Assembly (NCBI GenBank): GCA_965219095.1
Contig: OZ244719.1
Span: forward strand, 64,001 to 128,000
DNA: 64,000 bases
Source of the DNA: Bdellovibrionales bacterium
GTDB lineage: Bacteria > Bdellovibrionota > Bdellovibrionia > Bdellovibrionales > UBA1609
Direction: 5' to 3'
The position numbers and the translations under genes are program-made. Below are positions 19,991 to 31,488 of this stretch, one piece after another (positions within the stretch are counted from its first letter, which is position 1; the number at the start of each line of letters is the position of its first letter). The notes below the pieces were generated by a model. The model was not told where the DNA came from. It worked only from the letters and a program-made list of their open reading frames with translations, and searched no databases.

Positions 19991-20926
19991 ATGAAATATG
20001 ACATGAAAGAAGAAAAAAAACAAAGAATTCCTAAACCCTCTTGGCTCAAAGTGAAAGCCCCTTCAGGGAAAAAGTACCTTTCTATAAAAAACCTTTTAGA
20101 CAAGCTCAATTTAGCCACAGTTTGTCAGGAAGCCCAATGCCCTAATATAGGAGAGTGTTGGACAGGAGGAACAGCTACTTTTATGCTCATGGGGGATGTG
20201 TGTACAAGGGGATGTCGTTTTTGTGCAGTGAAGACATCAAAAAAAGGAATGGAACTTGATAAAAAAGAGCCTGAAAAAGTTGGTTTTGCCATCTCTCAAA
20301 TGGGTTTAGACTATGTTGTTTTGACCAGTGTGGATCGAGATGATTTAGAGGATCAAGGGGCTAGTCATTTTGCAAGAACTGTTGAGGTAATTAAAAACTA
20401 TGCTCCTAAACTGATTGTAGAGATTCTCACACCTGATTTTCGTGGCGATCAAAACTTGATTGACAAGGTGGCTTCATCTTCGCCTGATGTATTCGCCCAT
20501 AACGTGGAAACAGTTAAGCGTTTGACTCCTATGGTGCGTGACAGAAGAGCCACCTATGAACAAAGTTTAAATCTCCTTGAATATGTAAAAAAGCATTACA
20601 AAATTTACACAAAAACCTCTCTTATGTTAGGCTTAGGAGAAAAGGAGAGTGAAGTTAAGAAAACACTTTATGATTTAAGACAAAGAGGATGTGATGTTGT
20701 AACCTTTGGTCAGTACCTTCAACCCACAAAAAGGCATTTAAAAATAAATGAATATATACATCCTGATAAATTTAAAAACTGGCAAAAAGAAGCTGAGAGT
20801 ATGGGGTTTTTATATGTAGCAAGCGGTCCTCTTGTAAGGAGTTCTTACAAAGCAGGAGAATATTTTTTAAAAGGCATTATAGAAAAAACAAAGGATAACA
20901 AAGGAGTTGAGTTATGTCAAAAATAG
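19991..20926 (+). CDS. lipA: Lipoyl synthase
   Basis: [28 protein letters not shown]. Confidence 0.96.
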   Translation: MKYDMKEEKKQRIPKPSWLKVKAPSGKKYLSIKNLLDKLNLATVCQEAQCPNIGECWTGGTATFMLMGDVCTRGCRFCAVKTSKKGMELDKKEPEKVGFAISQMGLDYVVLTSVDRDDLEDQGASHFARTVEVIKNYAPKLIVEILTPDFRGDQNLIDKVASSSPDVFAHNVETVKRLTPMVRDRRATYEQSLNLLEYVKKHYKIYTKTSLMLGLGEKESEVKKTLYDLRQRGCDVVTFGQYLQPTKRHLKINEYIHPDKFKNWQKEAESMGFLYVASGPLVRSSYKAGEYFLKGIIEKTKDNKGVELCQK

Positions 20927-22194
20927 CCGTTACACTTCCTGATTTAGGAGAAGGTGTTACAGAGGGAGAACTTGTCAAATGGCTGGTGAAAATAGGAGAT
21001 GTAGTTTCAAAGGAACAACCTGTAGCAGAGTTTATGACAGATAAAGCTACTGTTGAAATTCCTTCACCTTATGACGGTGTGGTGGGTGAGTTGAAATATA
21101 AAGAAGGTGATAATGTAGAAGTAACAAAAGAAATTTTATCGCTTGAAAAAACACAAATAGAAAAAAAGACCTTCGAATCTCCTAAACCCTCTGTTTCTGA
21201 AACCAAGGCACCTGAAAAGCAACCAAGTTTTTCACAAAACTCTTCTCTTACAAAAACATCAGTAACTGCAAGCCCTCTTTCTACCTCTCCTCCTGTTGTG
21301 TTCAATCATGTTCTTGCAACTCCCAGCACAAGAAAGTTAGCTAGAGAATTAGGAGTTGATCTTAACCAAGTAAAGCCCACAGGACATGCAGGAAGAGTTT
21401 TGAGAGAAGATGTCTTAAAAATGACCTCTACTCACTCCCATAAACCTGTTTCTTTGTTTCAAAGACAGGCTGTTTTAGATAAGACAGAAACTGTAGAGAG
21501 ATTGCCTTTAAGGGGTTTAAGACGAAAAATTGCAAAAGCTATGCAACAGGCTAAGCAAATTGTACCTCATTTTACTCTTATGGATGAGGCCTGCGTGACA
21601 GATCTCATAGCTTTAAAAGAGCAGACTAAAGCCTTAGTTGAACCATTAGAAATTAAGATGACCTTTTTACCCTTTGTCATAAAAGCTTTGATTTTAAGTT
21701 TGAGAGAATTTCCTCAGTTGAATGCAAGCATTGATGACAAAAAAGAAGAAATTGTTTACAAAAAGTATTTCCATGTAGGCTTTGCTGCTGATACTCCTGA
21801 GGGTTTAGTGGTTCCTGTGATTCGTTTTGCTGATCAAAAAAATATTTTACAATTAAGTGAAGAGATAAATAACTTAGCTCAAAGAGCAAGGGCTGGCAAA
21901 TTAAAACGTGAAGAACTCACAGGATCCACCATCACCATTACAAACATAGGAAGTTTAGGAGGACAATATGCAACTCCTATCATCAACCACCCCGAAGTAG
22001 CCATTTTAGGAATGTACAAACTCTTTCAAAAACCTGTTTTAAAAGATGGAGTTTGGCTTTCTCTCGATTTTATGAACTTCAGTCTTACAGCGGATCACCG
22101 TTTGATCGATGGAGCTTTAGCAGCAAAGTTTTTGAGCTGTTTTATTAAAAATATAAATCATATCGGCGGTCACTTGGCTTTAGAATCTTGTTAG
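20914..22194 (+). CDS. Dihydrolipoamide acyltransferase (E2) of a 2-oxoacid dehydrogenase
   Basis: Lipoyl TDKA, E3-binding [11 protein letters not shown], catalytic DHRLIDG; substrate specificity cannot be determined. Confidence 0.92.
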   Translation: MSKIAVTLPDLGEGVTEGELVKWLVKIGDVVSKEQPVAEFMTDKATVEIPSPYDGVVGELKYKEGDNVEVTKEILSLEKTQIEKKTFESPKPSVSETKAPEKQPSFSQNSSLTKTSVTASPLSTSPPVVFNHVLATPSTRKLARELGVDLNQVKPTGHAGRVLREDVLKMTSTHSHKPVSLFQRQAVLDKTETVERLPLRGLRRKIAKAMQQAKQIVPHFTLMDEACVTDLIALKEQTKALVEPLEIKMTFLPFVIKALILSLREFPQLNASIDDKKEEIVYKKYFHVGFAADTPEGLVVPVIRFADQKNILQLSEEINNLAQRARAGKLKREELTGSTITITNIGSLGGQYATPIINHPEVAILGMYKLFQKPVLKDGVWLSLDFMNFSLTADHRLIDGALAAKFLSCFIKNINHIGGHLALESC

Positions 22195-22211
22195 ATAAGG
22201 AGGAGGACATT

Positions 22212-23615
22212 ATGTTTGATGTTTGTGTTATAGGGGCAGGACCAGGAGGTTATGTAGCAGCTATCAGAGCTCGTCAGTTAGGCTTGAAAGTAGCACTTAT
22301 TGAAAAAGAATTTTTAGGGGGAGTGTGTTTGAACGTAGGCTGTATTCCCTCAAAAGCTCTTATTTCTGCAGGCTCCTTTTACCATCGTATAAAAACACAG
22401 GCCTCAAACATGGGTTTTTACGTAGAAAAAACAAGTGTGGATATGAAACAACTTCATCGTTGGAAAAACAGTGTATGTGAAAAAATGTCAGGAGGGGTTC
22501 TAGCACTTCTTAAAAGCTATAAAGTAGAAGTGATCAAAGGTGAGGCTCAGTTTGAAAACTCTCATGAACTTATGATTCAAAAATCTAATGGAGAAAAGCA
22601 AAATTTAAAATCCCAAAATTTTATTTTAGCCATTGGTTCAAGGCCTATGGAGATTCCAGGATTTGAAATTAATGAAAACCAAGTGTTAAGTTCCACAGGA
22701 GTTTTAGATCTTAAAAAACTACCCAAAAAAGTTATAACTTTAGGAGGAGGTTATATCGGTCTTGAAATGAGTTCTTTTTTGTCTCATCTAGGTGTTGAAG
22801 TAGAAATTGTAGAAGCTAACTCTCAAATCCTTTTAAATCTGGCTGATTTAGATTGTGTAAAAGTTATAGAAAGGTCATTGAAAAAACAAAATGTAAAAAT
22901 CCATCTTAAAACAAAAGCTTTGAACTATAAGGTTTTAGGAAATGAAATTGAAATTCAAGTAGAAAATATGCAAAATAAGAAAAAAGAAGTTTTAAAGGCT
23001 GAAAAAATCATTTTAACAGTAGGGCGTAAACCTAATTCTGATAAAATGAACTTAAAAAGTATAGGTCTAGATGTTGATGAAAAAGGTTTTATAAAAGTTG
23101 ATGAACAAAGGCGAACTTCTTTAACTCATATTTTCGCTATTGGTGATGTGGCATGCCAACCTATGCTTGCTCATAAATCAAGTTATGAAGGCATTATGGT
23201 GGCTGAAGTTTTATCAGGACAGAACCGTGCGTTTGATGCAAAAACAATTCCCTCCGTTATCTTCACCTCTCCTGAAATCGCAAGCTGTGGTCTTTCAGAA
23301 AAGCAAGCTTACAAAAAATATTCTGATTTAAAAGTGGGGAAGTTTTCTTTTGGTGCTAATGGGAGAGCACAAAGTCTTATGGAGGCCTCCGGCTTTATAA
23401 AAGTATTAGCTGAAGGTTCAAATAATGTTATTGTAGGAGTTCACATGGTAGGGCCTGAAGTAAGCCAACTCATTAGCGAAGCCGTTTTAGCTATAGAAAT
23501 GGGAGCGACTCTTGAGGACATAGCCCTTTGTATTCATCCTCATCCTACATTGAGTGAAGTGTTCATGGAAGCCTGCCATCATGCTTTAGGAATTTGTGTT
23601 CATAGTTTAAATTAA
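22212..23615 (+). CDS. lpdA: Dihydrolipoyl dehydrogenase (E3)
   Basis: GAGPGGY, GGVCLNVGCIPSK, HPHPTLSE; RBS AGGAGG before ATG 22212. Confidence 0.95.
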   Translation: MFDVCVIGAGPGGYVAAIRARQLGLKVALIEKEFLGGVCLNVGCIPSKALISAGSFYHRIKTQASNMGFYVEKTSVDMKQLHRWKNSVCEKMSGGVLALLKSYKVEVIKGEAQFENSHELMIQKSNGEKQNLKSQNFILAIGSRPMEIPGFEINENQVLSSTGVLDLKKLPKKVITLGGGYIGLEMSSFLSHLGVEVEIVEANSQILLNLADLDCVKVIERSLKKQNVKIHLKTKALNYKVLGNEIEIQVENMQNKKKEVLKAEKIILTVGRKPNSDKMNLKSIGLDVDEKGFIKVDEQRRTSLTHIFAIGDVACQPMLAHKSSYEGIMVAEVLSGQNRAFDAKTIPSVIFTSPEIASCGLSEKQAYKKYSDLKVGKFSFGANGRAQSLMEASGFIKVLAEGSNNVIVGVHMVGPEVSQLISEAVLAIEMGATLEDIALCIHPHPTLSEVFMEACHHALGICVHSLN

Positions 23616-23619
23616 ATTT

Positions 23620-24261
23620 ATGGAAGTTTTAGATCTTAAAAAAATTCCTTATAAAAAAGCTCTTTCCTATCAAGAGGAGTTAGTAGAAGAAGTCATAAAA
23701 GATGAAAGAAAGCAATTTCTTATTTTTTGTTATCATCCCTCTATTGTGACCTTAGGAAGAGGGATAAAAAGAAATAAAGAAGGTTCTATTGATGACATTA
23801 AAGGATGGAAAGGAGATGTGGCTTTTACCTCTCGAGGAGGAAGAGCTACTTATCATGGCCCTGAACAACTTGTCATTTATCCTATCTTTAAATTAAAAGA
23901 AAAAAAGCTTATAGATTATTTACGAGGCTTAGAAGATGTGATGATGAAAACACTGGCACACTTTGGACTTCATTGCACTAACCAGCCTTCTTTTATGACC
24001 CTTGATAAAAATAACTTAAATTTTACAGGTGTTTGGTGTAGAGACAAGAAAGTGTGCTCTATAGGTATTGCTATGAAAAAAAACGTTGTGTTTCATGGCT
24101 TAGCTGTTCATATTTTTAAAACATATATTTCAGGTTTAAAGCCTTGTGGCTTCTCCCCTTCGTTTCTTTCCTCTCTCGAAGAACAAGGAGTTACATTGAA
24201 ATCAAAAGAAGAAATAAAAACCGTATTTTTAAAGCACTTCAAAAAGTTAACCCCGAGTTAG
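23620..24261 (+). CDS. lipB: Octanoyltransferase
   Basis: RGGRATYHGPEQL, KVCSIG, HGLA, PCG. Confidence 0.9.
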   Translation: MEVLDLKKIPYKKALSYQEELVEEVIKDERKQFLIFCYHPSIVTLGRGIKRNKEGSIDDIKGWKGDVAFTSRGGRATYHGPEQLVIYPIFKLKEKKLIDYLRGLEDVMMKTLAHFGLHCTNQPSFMTLDKNNLNFTGVWCRDKKVCSIGIAMKKNVVFHGLAVHIFKTYISGLKPCGFSPSFLSSLEEQGVTLKSKEEIKTVFLKHFKKLTPS

Positions 24262-24530
24262 GGGTTAGTGTCTCCCCTATAGTGAGGAGGCAAATTTTCT
24301 ATGTCCGGTCAAGATAAGCTCTATTTGTTCAAAAGAAATAAGAAAAAAGAATACCCATGCCAAACCCTTTAAAGTTAAAAAAACCGCCTCATAAAAGAAT
24401 AAGAGAAATTTAAGATCAGATAGGGCGATCAGATAACCGAGTTACAATTTTTTAAACTGAGTTACGGAAGAATCCATAACGCAAGAAGCTATTTCCTTTT
24501 ACTTTTTTTCATACAAAGTTATGCTTATTA

Positions 24531-26250
24531 CCTAAATTTGAGACAATTTTTACTCACTAGGATTTAAGAAAGTATGGAAGTGCGATTTCTCAAAATTCCT
24601 AAATTTATGGAATTCAGTATTTTTTCTTGCTTCTTATTTAAAGTAACAGTTTTCATCAACCTTACTTTTTTCTTTTTATCAGAAAAATAAACATTATACA
24701 TTGTTTCCAGCTCCTCAATGGCTTTTTGTGGAGATATTCCAACATTTTTATGATTTAATCTCATTTTTAAAATTGATAATAAAAGATAGGATAAATAACA
24801 TATGAACACATGGGCTTTAACTTTTTTGTTTAGCCAAAATCTGATAGGTTGTATATTCGAGATACCTTTCAATACTTTAAAAGCTTGTTCTATAACATCC
24901 TTGTCAAAATAAATCCTTACCATTTCCTTTTCTGAAATGGATTTCTTTGTGCAGAAAAGACAAAAAAATCCATCCAACTCTTCCTCTCTTTTTAAAAGCT
25001 CTGTCCTGATTCTGCCAGTGGCTGTTAAATATCTTTCAAAACGTTCGTTTATCTTTTTCCCTTTTTTTCTTAATTCTTGAGCCTCAAGAAGGCCCAATCT
25101 TCTTGATTCTGTTTCCTCTAATTTTTTTAATGCATTATAACAAATTACCAATTTTCCACTAATTGAAGCTAATTTATAAGTAACTCCTCCCACATAAAAA
25201 CTACTCTTATTGACTCGGACTATGCTTGATATGTTGTCCAGGAATTTTTTATTTGAAAACTTTCTTATAATAGCCTTTTCTTTCTCTCGAATGGGCAAGC
25301 CACATAAGGTATTTAAGCCTATTTCCCTAGAGGACATCAGATTTTTTTTAGAAACTACACCCCGATCATAAACAAACAGTTGAGGACGAATTTGACTTTT
25401 TCGTAAATACTCTAGAACGCATGAAAGAGTTCTTGTGTTATGAATATTTCCATCAAATGTTTTGTGAAATACAGGAACTCCTTCATTTTGTGTTGTCACC
25501 AAAGCTATTTGAATAAGATCATTTTGTCTTTGACCATCCTTACTTCTTCCTTGTTTTCCCATTGAGCAGGCCTTTCCATGAAAATAAGTGTTTGTAGTGT
25601 CATAAACTAGACCTTTGGTATCTAATTTATATGTTCTCTTGACCTTATTAAAGATGGTTTTCTGATAAGCTTCTATTTTCTCATCGTTAATACTGTCCAT
25701 TGCAGAAACCAATCGACTTTCTGTCAAAGAATCTAAGTTTAGAAGCAAATTTAAATCAGTTCTTTCATACCATTTTGGCATATTCCGTAAGCTTTTATAA
25801 TTTATACAGTGAGCGTAAGTCATGCTTAGTATTTCGTTGGAGTATTCCCCTAAAATTTCTGGAAGATTTATTTTTTTTGCAATGCTGTGAAAGGCAAGCA
25901 AGGGACCATAGATTTTTACACCATCCATTTGAATATCTTTTGATGAAAGAGAAATGACAGCCTCTTTATTAACTTCTTTTCCAATATGACGGATGTATTT
26001 CTGAACAACTTTACCTTTAACCCATCGATTTTCTACTTCTGCAAGATAAACGACACTACCCTTTTTGTATCTTCTAATAAAGCTCATGAACACCTCCTAG
26101 TGAGTATAATACTCACTATAAACCTAAGAAAAGTCAAGGCTTATTTTTCTTTGGATTGAAAATTCCTGTATTTCCCCTATAGAAATGGAGTTTCTTTGAG
26201 GTGACCTAAAATGGAAAATCCTAGTGAGTAAAATTTATCTCGAATTTAGG
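24531..26250 (-). mobile_element. IS1634-family element with intact transposase ORF 24564..26093
   Basis: About 35-bp IRs CCTAAATTTGAGACAATTTTTACTCACTAGGATTT / AAATCCTAGTGAGTAAAATTTATCTCGAATTTAGG; YDTT, DRG, IEQAFK..K, AHVFICYLSY. Confidence 0.88.
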
Positions 26251-26634
26251 CATATACTGAATACTTGTTGTGAGGCCTGGAATACTTTTTGCGATCAGGA
26301 GGGCAGGATTAAAAAATTATGCACTCGATCTTGGACAAAACAACAAGATGAATCAAGCTTGTAAATTAATTTGAACCTATAAATTAAATTAAATTAAATT
26401 GTGTAACTGATTTTTGTCATTTTAAATTTTACCCTCACTTTTTTACACTTATTTTAACCCATCAATCGATTTACACAACAAATAGATATACCTGAAATAA
26501 ACTTATCTTATGAAAACTTAAACTCACCTTAAAAGAAGTTTTTTTAAAACCTCCTAACTGAAACTTTTCCTTAAGTCAATTTTAAAATTTTAAATTTGAA
26601 CATGAAAATGTCGAATTAATTTCTGTAATTGGTA
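26251..26634 (+). mobile_element. IS630-A 3' fragment with tail and IR
   Basis: Near-identical to the reverse complement of 43017-43390. Confidence 0.92.
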
Positions 26635-26815
26635 TTACTTCAAGGCTAAAAAAGCCTTCTCCTCAGGGATTGTAGAGGGTTTAAACAACAAAGTAAAACT
26701 CACTATGAGAAAATCTTACGGCTTTAGAACCTCTAAAGCTATAAAAATCGCCTTATATCATAACCTTGGAAAACTGCCAGAACCTCCGGGAACCCACAGA
26801 TTCTTTTGAGGAGGC
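26635..26815 (+). mobile_element. ISL3 3' fragment
   Basis: Near-identical to 33577-33757, including the right IR. Confidence 0.92.
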
Positions 26816-26995
26816 AAACCCTTTACCACCCCTAAAGAAGAATCATAACGCAAAAAGTTATCTCTTCTTTTTTTTTTTCATACAAGGTATGCTTTTAACA
26901 AAGGATAAGAGTCTTTCCCTTTATTATTAGGTTAGAAAATAGGACTTAAGAAACAAAATAACGAAAAAACATTAGAAAAGGAGGAATTTTACGTT

Positions 26996-27844
26996 ATGAA
27001 AAAACTAATACTAACATTTTTATTTTTGATGTCTTTAGGAGGACTTTCTTATGGAGACGTCGCAAAAAAAGAAGTTCAGAGCTTAACTTTACAAGCTTCA
27101 CTAGAACAATCACATCACTTTCTGGAGGCTTCACCCTTAGCAGTAACTTCAATAACTCCCCCTAAAAAAGGGATTTTAAGGGTTAATGGGGTTCCAGGAG
27201 AAGGGCAAGATTCTGAATATGCTATCTTTGCCTGCGAAGGAACTCTCGAGGTTCCCAAAAAATATAGTTGCTATCAATTAACAGTAAAAAAATTAAACGA
27301 AGAGGTGTATCTTAAAAAAGGGCTTTATCAGTTAATATATAGTGGCACAACTCAATTTATTGAAGTGAAGGAAAAAACTCTAATTGATATCGATCTTGAC
27401 AAAATTAAGATCAATCCTCAAGGTCAAAAGTACTCTCTTTATTGGGATTTTACTAACAAGAAAATGCAAGATTTGATGATCAGAGATTTTTATACAAATC
27501 CTGGTAATAAAAGAGTTGATAGATTTTGTAATTTATATGGGAAGTACAGTCCTGATACAAAAACTATGTGTAAATATAACGCATCAAAAAACCTTGATGA
27601 ATATGCTAAAACTATAAGATTTAATGAAGATGGAAGTTATGAAGTTCCATATTTTTCTTTTGATGGTGAAAACTCTAGTTTTTTCTGGTTTTCAAGGGGA
27701 CGACAGGCTGTTAGTCACACACTTAATGATGTAAAAAAAGAAGAGAATTTTGTTTCTGTTTTTAGAGGTACTTATATTGTTCAATTTACAGATGACAACG
27801 GTCAAACCTCTGATGTTTACGGTGTTAACTCTTGGGAAGATTAA
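26996..27844 (+). CDS. Secreted hypothetical protein
   Basis: Signal peptide MKKLILTFLFLMSLGG, RBS AGGAGG, downstream terminator. Confidence 0.8.
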   Translation: MKKLILTFLFLMSLGGLSYGDVAKKEVQSLTLQASLEQSHHFLEASPLAVTSITPPKKGILRVNGVPGEGQDSEYAIFACEGTLEVPKKYSCYQLTVKKLNEEVYLKKGLYQLIYSGTTQFIEVKEKTLIDIDLDKIKINPQGQKYSLYWDFTNKKMQDLMIRDFYTNPGNKRVDRFCNLYGKYSPDTKTMCKYNASKNLDEYAKTIRFNEDGSYEVPYFSFDGENSSFFWFSRGRQAVSHTLNDVKKEENFVSVFRGTYIVQFTDDNGQTSDVYGVNSWED

Positions 27845-27865
27845 AACAACATAACTATCACACTT

Positions 27866-27907
27866 AAAAAGAGAGGCTGGAATTTGGTTTCAGCCTTTTT
27901 TCTTTTT
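27866..27907 (+). terminator. Intrinsic terminator
   Basis: AGGCTGGAA-tttgg-TTTCAGCCT followed by a T tract, with an A tract upstream. Confidence 0.75.
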
Positions 27908-28088
27908 AGAGAGCACAACTAAAGCATTTTTTAAATCATCCGTTTACTGTAACACCAAACACATTTAAAAATTCACACATTGTTAACTTGAAAAATGTTT
28001 TTTTAAGTTAACAATGTATGAATAATTTTCGTAACTGTTCAGAAAAATTCTAGTAAATTGTTGAAATTTCACTAAAAGCTCCTATGCC

Positions 28089-29230
28089 TATAGTGCTTCC
28101 GCTTAGGTTTTCCGTTTTTTTTTGAGTTGAAGTCTAGTTTTTATTCTAAGGCCTTGATAAAAAGTCATTTATTTTTAAAAATAGTTTCATATGTCAGGGT
28201 TTCTATCAAAAAAAGAGCGAAAAGATTTACTCTATGAACTATCTCTAGAAAGAAATCTTAGGTACGGAAAAAGGATTATGACAATTCTCCATTTAGATAA
28301 AGGTAAGTTGTGTAAAGATATTTCCCGTTTTCTTTTCATTGATGAGGGCACGATAAGAGCCTGTAGAGATCGTTATAACAAAGGTGGGATAGAGTGCTTA
28401 ATCAACGACAATTACAACCCTAAAAGGTCCTTTTTAACTAAGAAAGAGGAGAAAATGCTTTTAAAGGAATTAGAGAAAAGAATTTTTCCATCATCACAGT
28501 CTGTCATCCAATTCATTGAGGAGAATTTTGGTGTTACGTACTTTAACAAGTGGTGTAATTGATCTTCTCCATCGCCTTGGTTTTTCTTATAAAAAAGCCA
28601 TAGCGATACCGGGTAAGGCAAAGAGAGAAGAGCAGAAAAAGTTTGTGCGTAAATACAAGAGAATTAAGAAGAAAGACAGTCCTGTTTACTTTGCTGATTC
28701 CACACATCCTGAGTGGGGCCCTACGATTTCATATGGTTGGATAAGAGAGGGTAAGAAGTTTGAAGTGAAGACCAATTCAGGCTGGAGAAAAAGAGTGAAT
28801 GTTTGTGGAGCTATTGAGATCAATAGTTTGAAGACGGTAGTCAGGAGTTATAAGACAGTTAACGAAGTTTTTCTATGTGATATGCTCTATCATATTCATT
28901 AAGAAGTATTCCGATGAAAAAGAGATTCATCTTATCTTAGATGGGGCCGGATACAATAGATCGAAGTCTGTCAAGAAGTTCGCGAAAGAGTTGAATATAA
29001 AACTTGTTTATCTTCCTCCGTACTCACCGAATTTAAATCCTATAGAAAGGCTTTGGAAGTTTATGAAAAAAGAGGTCACAGCGAATCGATATTATGAAAA
29101 CTATGACGATTTCAAGGGAAGTTTAAGTCAATTTTTAGAGGAATACGAAAACACAGATCTAAATTAGAAACTTTGATAACTGATAACTTCTCTATCTTAG
29201 GAAACTGAAAACCTAAACGGAAGCACTATA
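28089..29230 (+). mobile_element. IS630-family type B, full-length, frameshifted
   Basis: IRs TATAGTGCTTCCGCTTAGG / CCTAAACGGAAGCACTATA; ORFs 28191..28562, 28516..28902, 28877..29167. Confidence 0.92.
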
Positions 29231-29239
29231 TAACGTCTA

Positions 29240-31396
29240 TTACAATTTAAAAAACCTTCTTCTATAGAACTGTTTGAGGTTTACTAAATCGAAAAATTCA
29301 AAGTTATCGAAAAAAACTTTTTTATCTTTTCTTGTTATACCTATTTTATAAGTTTCAAAGCCCTCTACCTGAAAATCACAAGATGAACTCTCCCATAAAA
29401 CATCATAGTAATTTTCATAAAACCATTCCTCTGGCTTTAAAGATAGCTTATCTCCTCTAACTTGAAATCCAATCTCATTTTGAAAGCTCATTAAAACAAG
29501 ATGATAAGCTAAACCTCCTCTGCCAACTAGACGAGAGGAAAGAACCTCTTTTCTACAAGCTGTTTTTTTTAAAATTTCTAAAACATCTTTTCTTAGCTCT
29601 ATAGTAGAACCTTTGAGTTGCATTCTCTTTGTTCTTACGTACTCCCATAACCCTGTACTAGACAGTCCTAAAAAAACACGAGTAAGAAAGATATAAGACT
29701 GAGAACTCACAAAAAAAGAACCCTTAACCGAATTAGAATTTATTTTTAATCCCACAAGCCCTGTAGCAGGAGTTGGTATGATGTTTTGACCTTCTGTTTC
29801 ATTATAAAAACTCACATTTCCACTCACAACAGGAATATCTAAAGCTTTCGATGTCTCTGATAAAGCCTCCACAGAAGCTATAAACTCTGTCATTACCTCC
29901 TTTTTTTCAGGATTACCAAAATTAAGACAATCTGTTGCTGCAAGAGGTTGGAACCCTTTTGTACAAAGACTAAGAGCAGGGAATAAAAAAGCATCTTTAG
30001 CCCCTTCATAGGCATCAGAAGACATAAGATAAGGCCTGCATCCTAGAGCGATACCTAAAAAGCGGTGCTTACCTAAATAAAAAGAACCTATGGTCTCAGA
30101 GCAAGCTTGAGCTGTGCGACCCCCTACTCTTTTGTCATATTGCTCATAAATCCATAAACGAGAACAACTCTCTTGCAGTACTAAAAGATTCAAAAGTTCC
30201 TTTTTAAAATCCAGACTCTCTTGGTTTGAAAAACAATCCACACGATTTCTAGCACGCCACTCATCATAGGGCCTATTTTCATGGGGAGAATTTTCCACAA
30301 TGACATGAGGGTTTAAGGAGGTGAGTTTTTTATTTTTCCAAAAAATATCTACAGTTTTCTTTTCCTTCACCTCTCCTATAACAACTGCATCCAAATTCCA
30401 TTTCTGGAAGACAGTTTCAATTTCTTTTAAAAATTCTTTCTTACAAATCAGAAGCATCCTTTCCTGACTTTCTGATAAAAGTATATCTTCCGGTTTTAAA
30501 GAACTGTCCCTTATAGGGACTTTATCTAAATACAAATTTAAACCCACATGACCTTTTGCTGACATTTCAAAACTAGAACTTGTCAATCCCGCAGCTCCCA
30601 TATCTTGAATAGCTACTACGAGTCCTTTTTGAATCACTTCATAACAGCTTTCTATAAGAAGTTTTCCTAAAAAAGGATCTCCTATTTGTACTGTTGTTTT
30701 TTGCTTTAAACCAGCCTCTTGATTTTCAAAAGAAGCACTTGCCATGCTGGCTCCATGAATACCGTCTCTACCTGTTTTTGCTCCCACATACACCACTAAA
30801 TTCCCTATACCTTGAGCTTGAGAACGACTGATGACATCGTTTTTTCTAAAAAGACCTACAGCCATAGCGTTAACTAAAATGTTCTGGTTATAACAAGAAT
30901 CAAATTCTGTTTGTCCTGTGAGCATAGGGACTCCTACGCAATTACCATAACCTCCAATACCCTCAACCACAGACTCTACTAAAGTTTTCATACGACAAGC
31001 TTTTAGATCACCAAAACAAAGGTAATTTGCAAGGGCTACAGGATAAGCTCCCATAGTGAAAATATCTCTTAAAATCCCTCCTACCCCTGTAGAAGCTCCT
31101 TCATAGGGACTGATAAAACTAGGATGGTTATGGCTTTCCATTTTAAAGGCAATCCTCTCTCCCAGCCCTATATCGATAACTCCAGCATTCTCTCCCATAG
31201 ACTCTATAATATGTGCTGAAGTGCTTTTAAACTTCTTCAAATACTGAGCAGAACTCTTGTAACTACAATGCTCACTCCACAAGGCTGAAAAAATAGCCCA
31301 TTCAATTCCACGAGGAGACCTTCCTAAAATCTTACAAATTTTATAATACTCTTTCTCGTTTAACCTATAAAGCTTGAGATTATGAATCAAATCCAC
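29240..31396 (-). CDS. purL: FGAM synthase subunit PurL (small type)
   Basis: WSEHCSYKSS, ESHNHPS, DMGAAG, SESQERM, LNFGNPE, SGNVSFYN. Confidence 0.95.
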   Translation of the reverse strand: MDLIHNLKLYRLNEKEYYKICKILGRSPRGIEWAIFSALWSEHCSYKSSAQYLKKFKSTSAHIIESMGENAGVIDIGLGERIAFKMESHNHPSFISPYEGASTGVGGILRDIFTMGAYPVALANYLCFGDLKACRMKTLVESVVEGIGGYGNCVGVPMLTGQTEFDSCYNQNILVNAMAVGLFRKNDVISRSQAQGIGNLVVYVGAKTGRDGIHGASMASASFENQEAGLKQKTTVQIGDPFLGKLLIESCYEVIQKGLVVAIQDMGAAGLTSSSFEMSAKGHVGLNLYLDKVPIRDSSLKPEDILLSESQERMLLICKKEFLKEIETVFQKWNLDAVVIGEVKEKKTVDIFWKNKKLTSLNPHVIVENSPHENRPYDEWRARNRVDCFSNQESLDFKKELLNLLVLQESCSRLWIYEQYDKRVGGRTAQACSETIGSFYLGKHRFLGIALGCRPYLMSSDAYEGAKDAFLFPALSLCTKGFQPLAATDCLNFGNPEKKEVMTEFIASVEALSETSKALDIPVVSGNVSFYNETEGQNIIPTPATGLVGLKINSNSVKGSFFVSSQSYIFLTRVFLGLSSTGLWEYVRTKRMQLKGSTIELRKDVLEILKKTACRKEVLSSRLVGRGGLAYHLVLMSFQNEIGFQVRGDKLSLKPEEWFYENYYDVLWESSSCDFQVEGFETYKIGITRKDKKVFFDNFEFFDLVNLKQFYRRRFFKL

Positions 31397-31488
31397 ATCA
31401 AAACTATAACAAAGGTCTTGGAAAAGACAAGCTGTTGCTACACAAAACCATTACAAAAAGCTAGACTTTTAAAGTAAGGAGAAAAATC

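Noticed and set aside
20914..23615. E2/E3 without E1 as an incomplete or novel complex
   Set aside because: E1 genes are often encoded elsewhere; absence from 64 kb is uninformative
8040..24445. Inverted IS66-like ends GTAAGTCGGTTATCTGACCGCCCT (8040-8063) and AGGGCGATCAGATAACCGAGTTAC (24422-24445) bracketing 16 kb as a composite transposon
   Set aside because: Flanks ACTAATCC and AATTTTTT are not a TSD and the cargo is core genes; more likely independent solo ends
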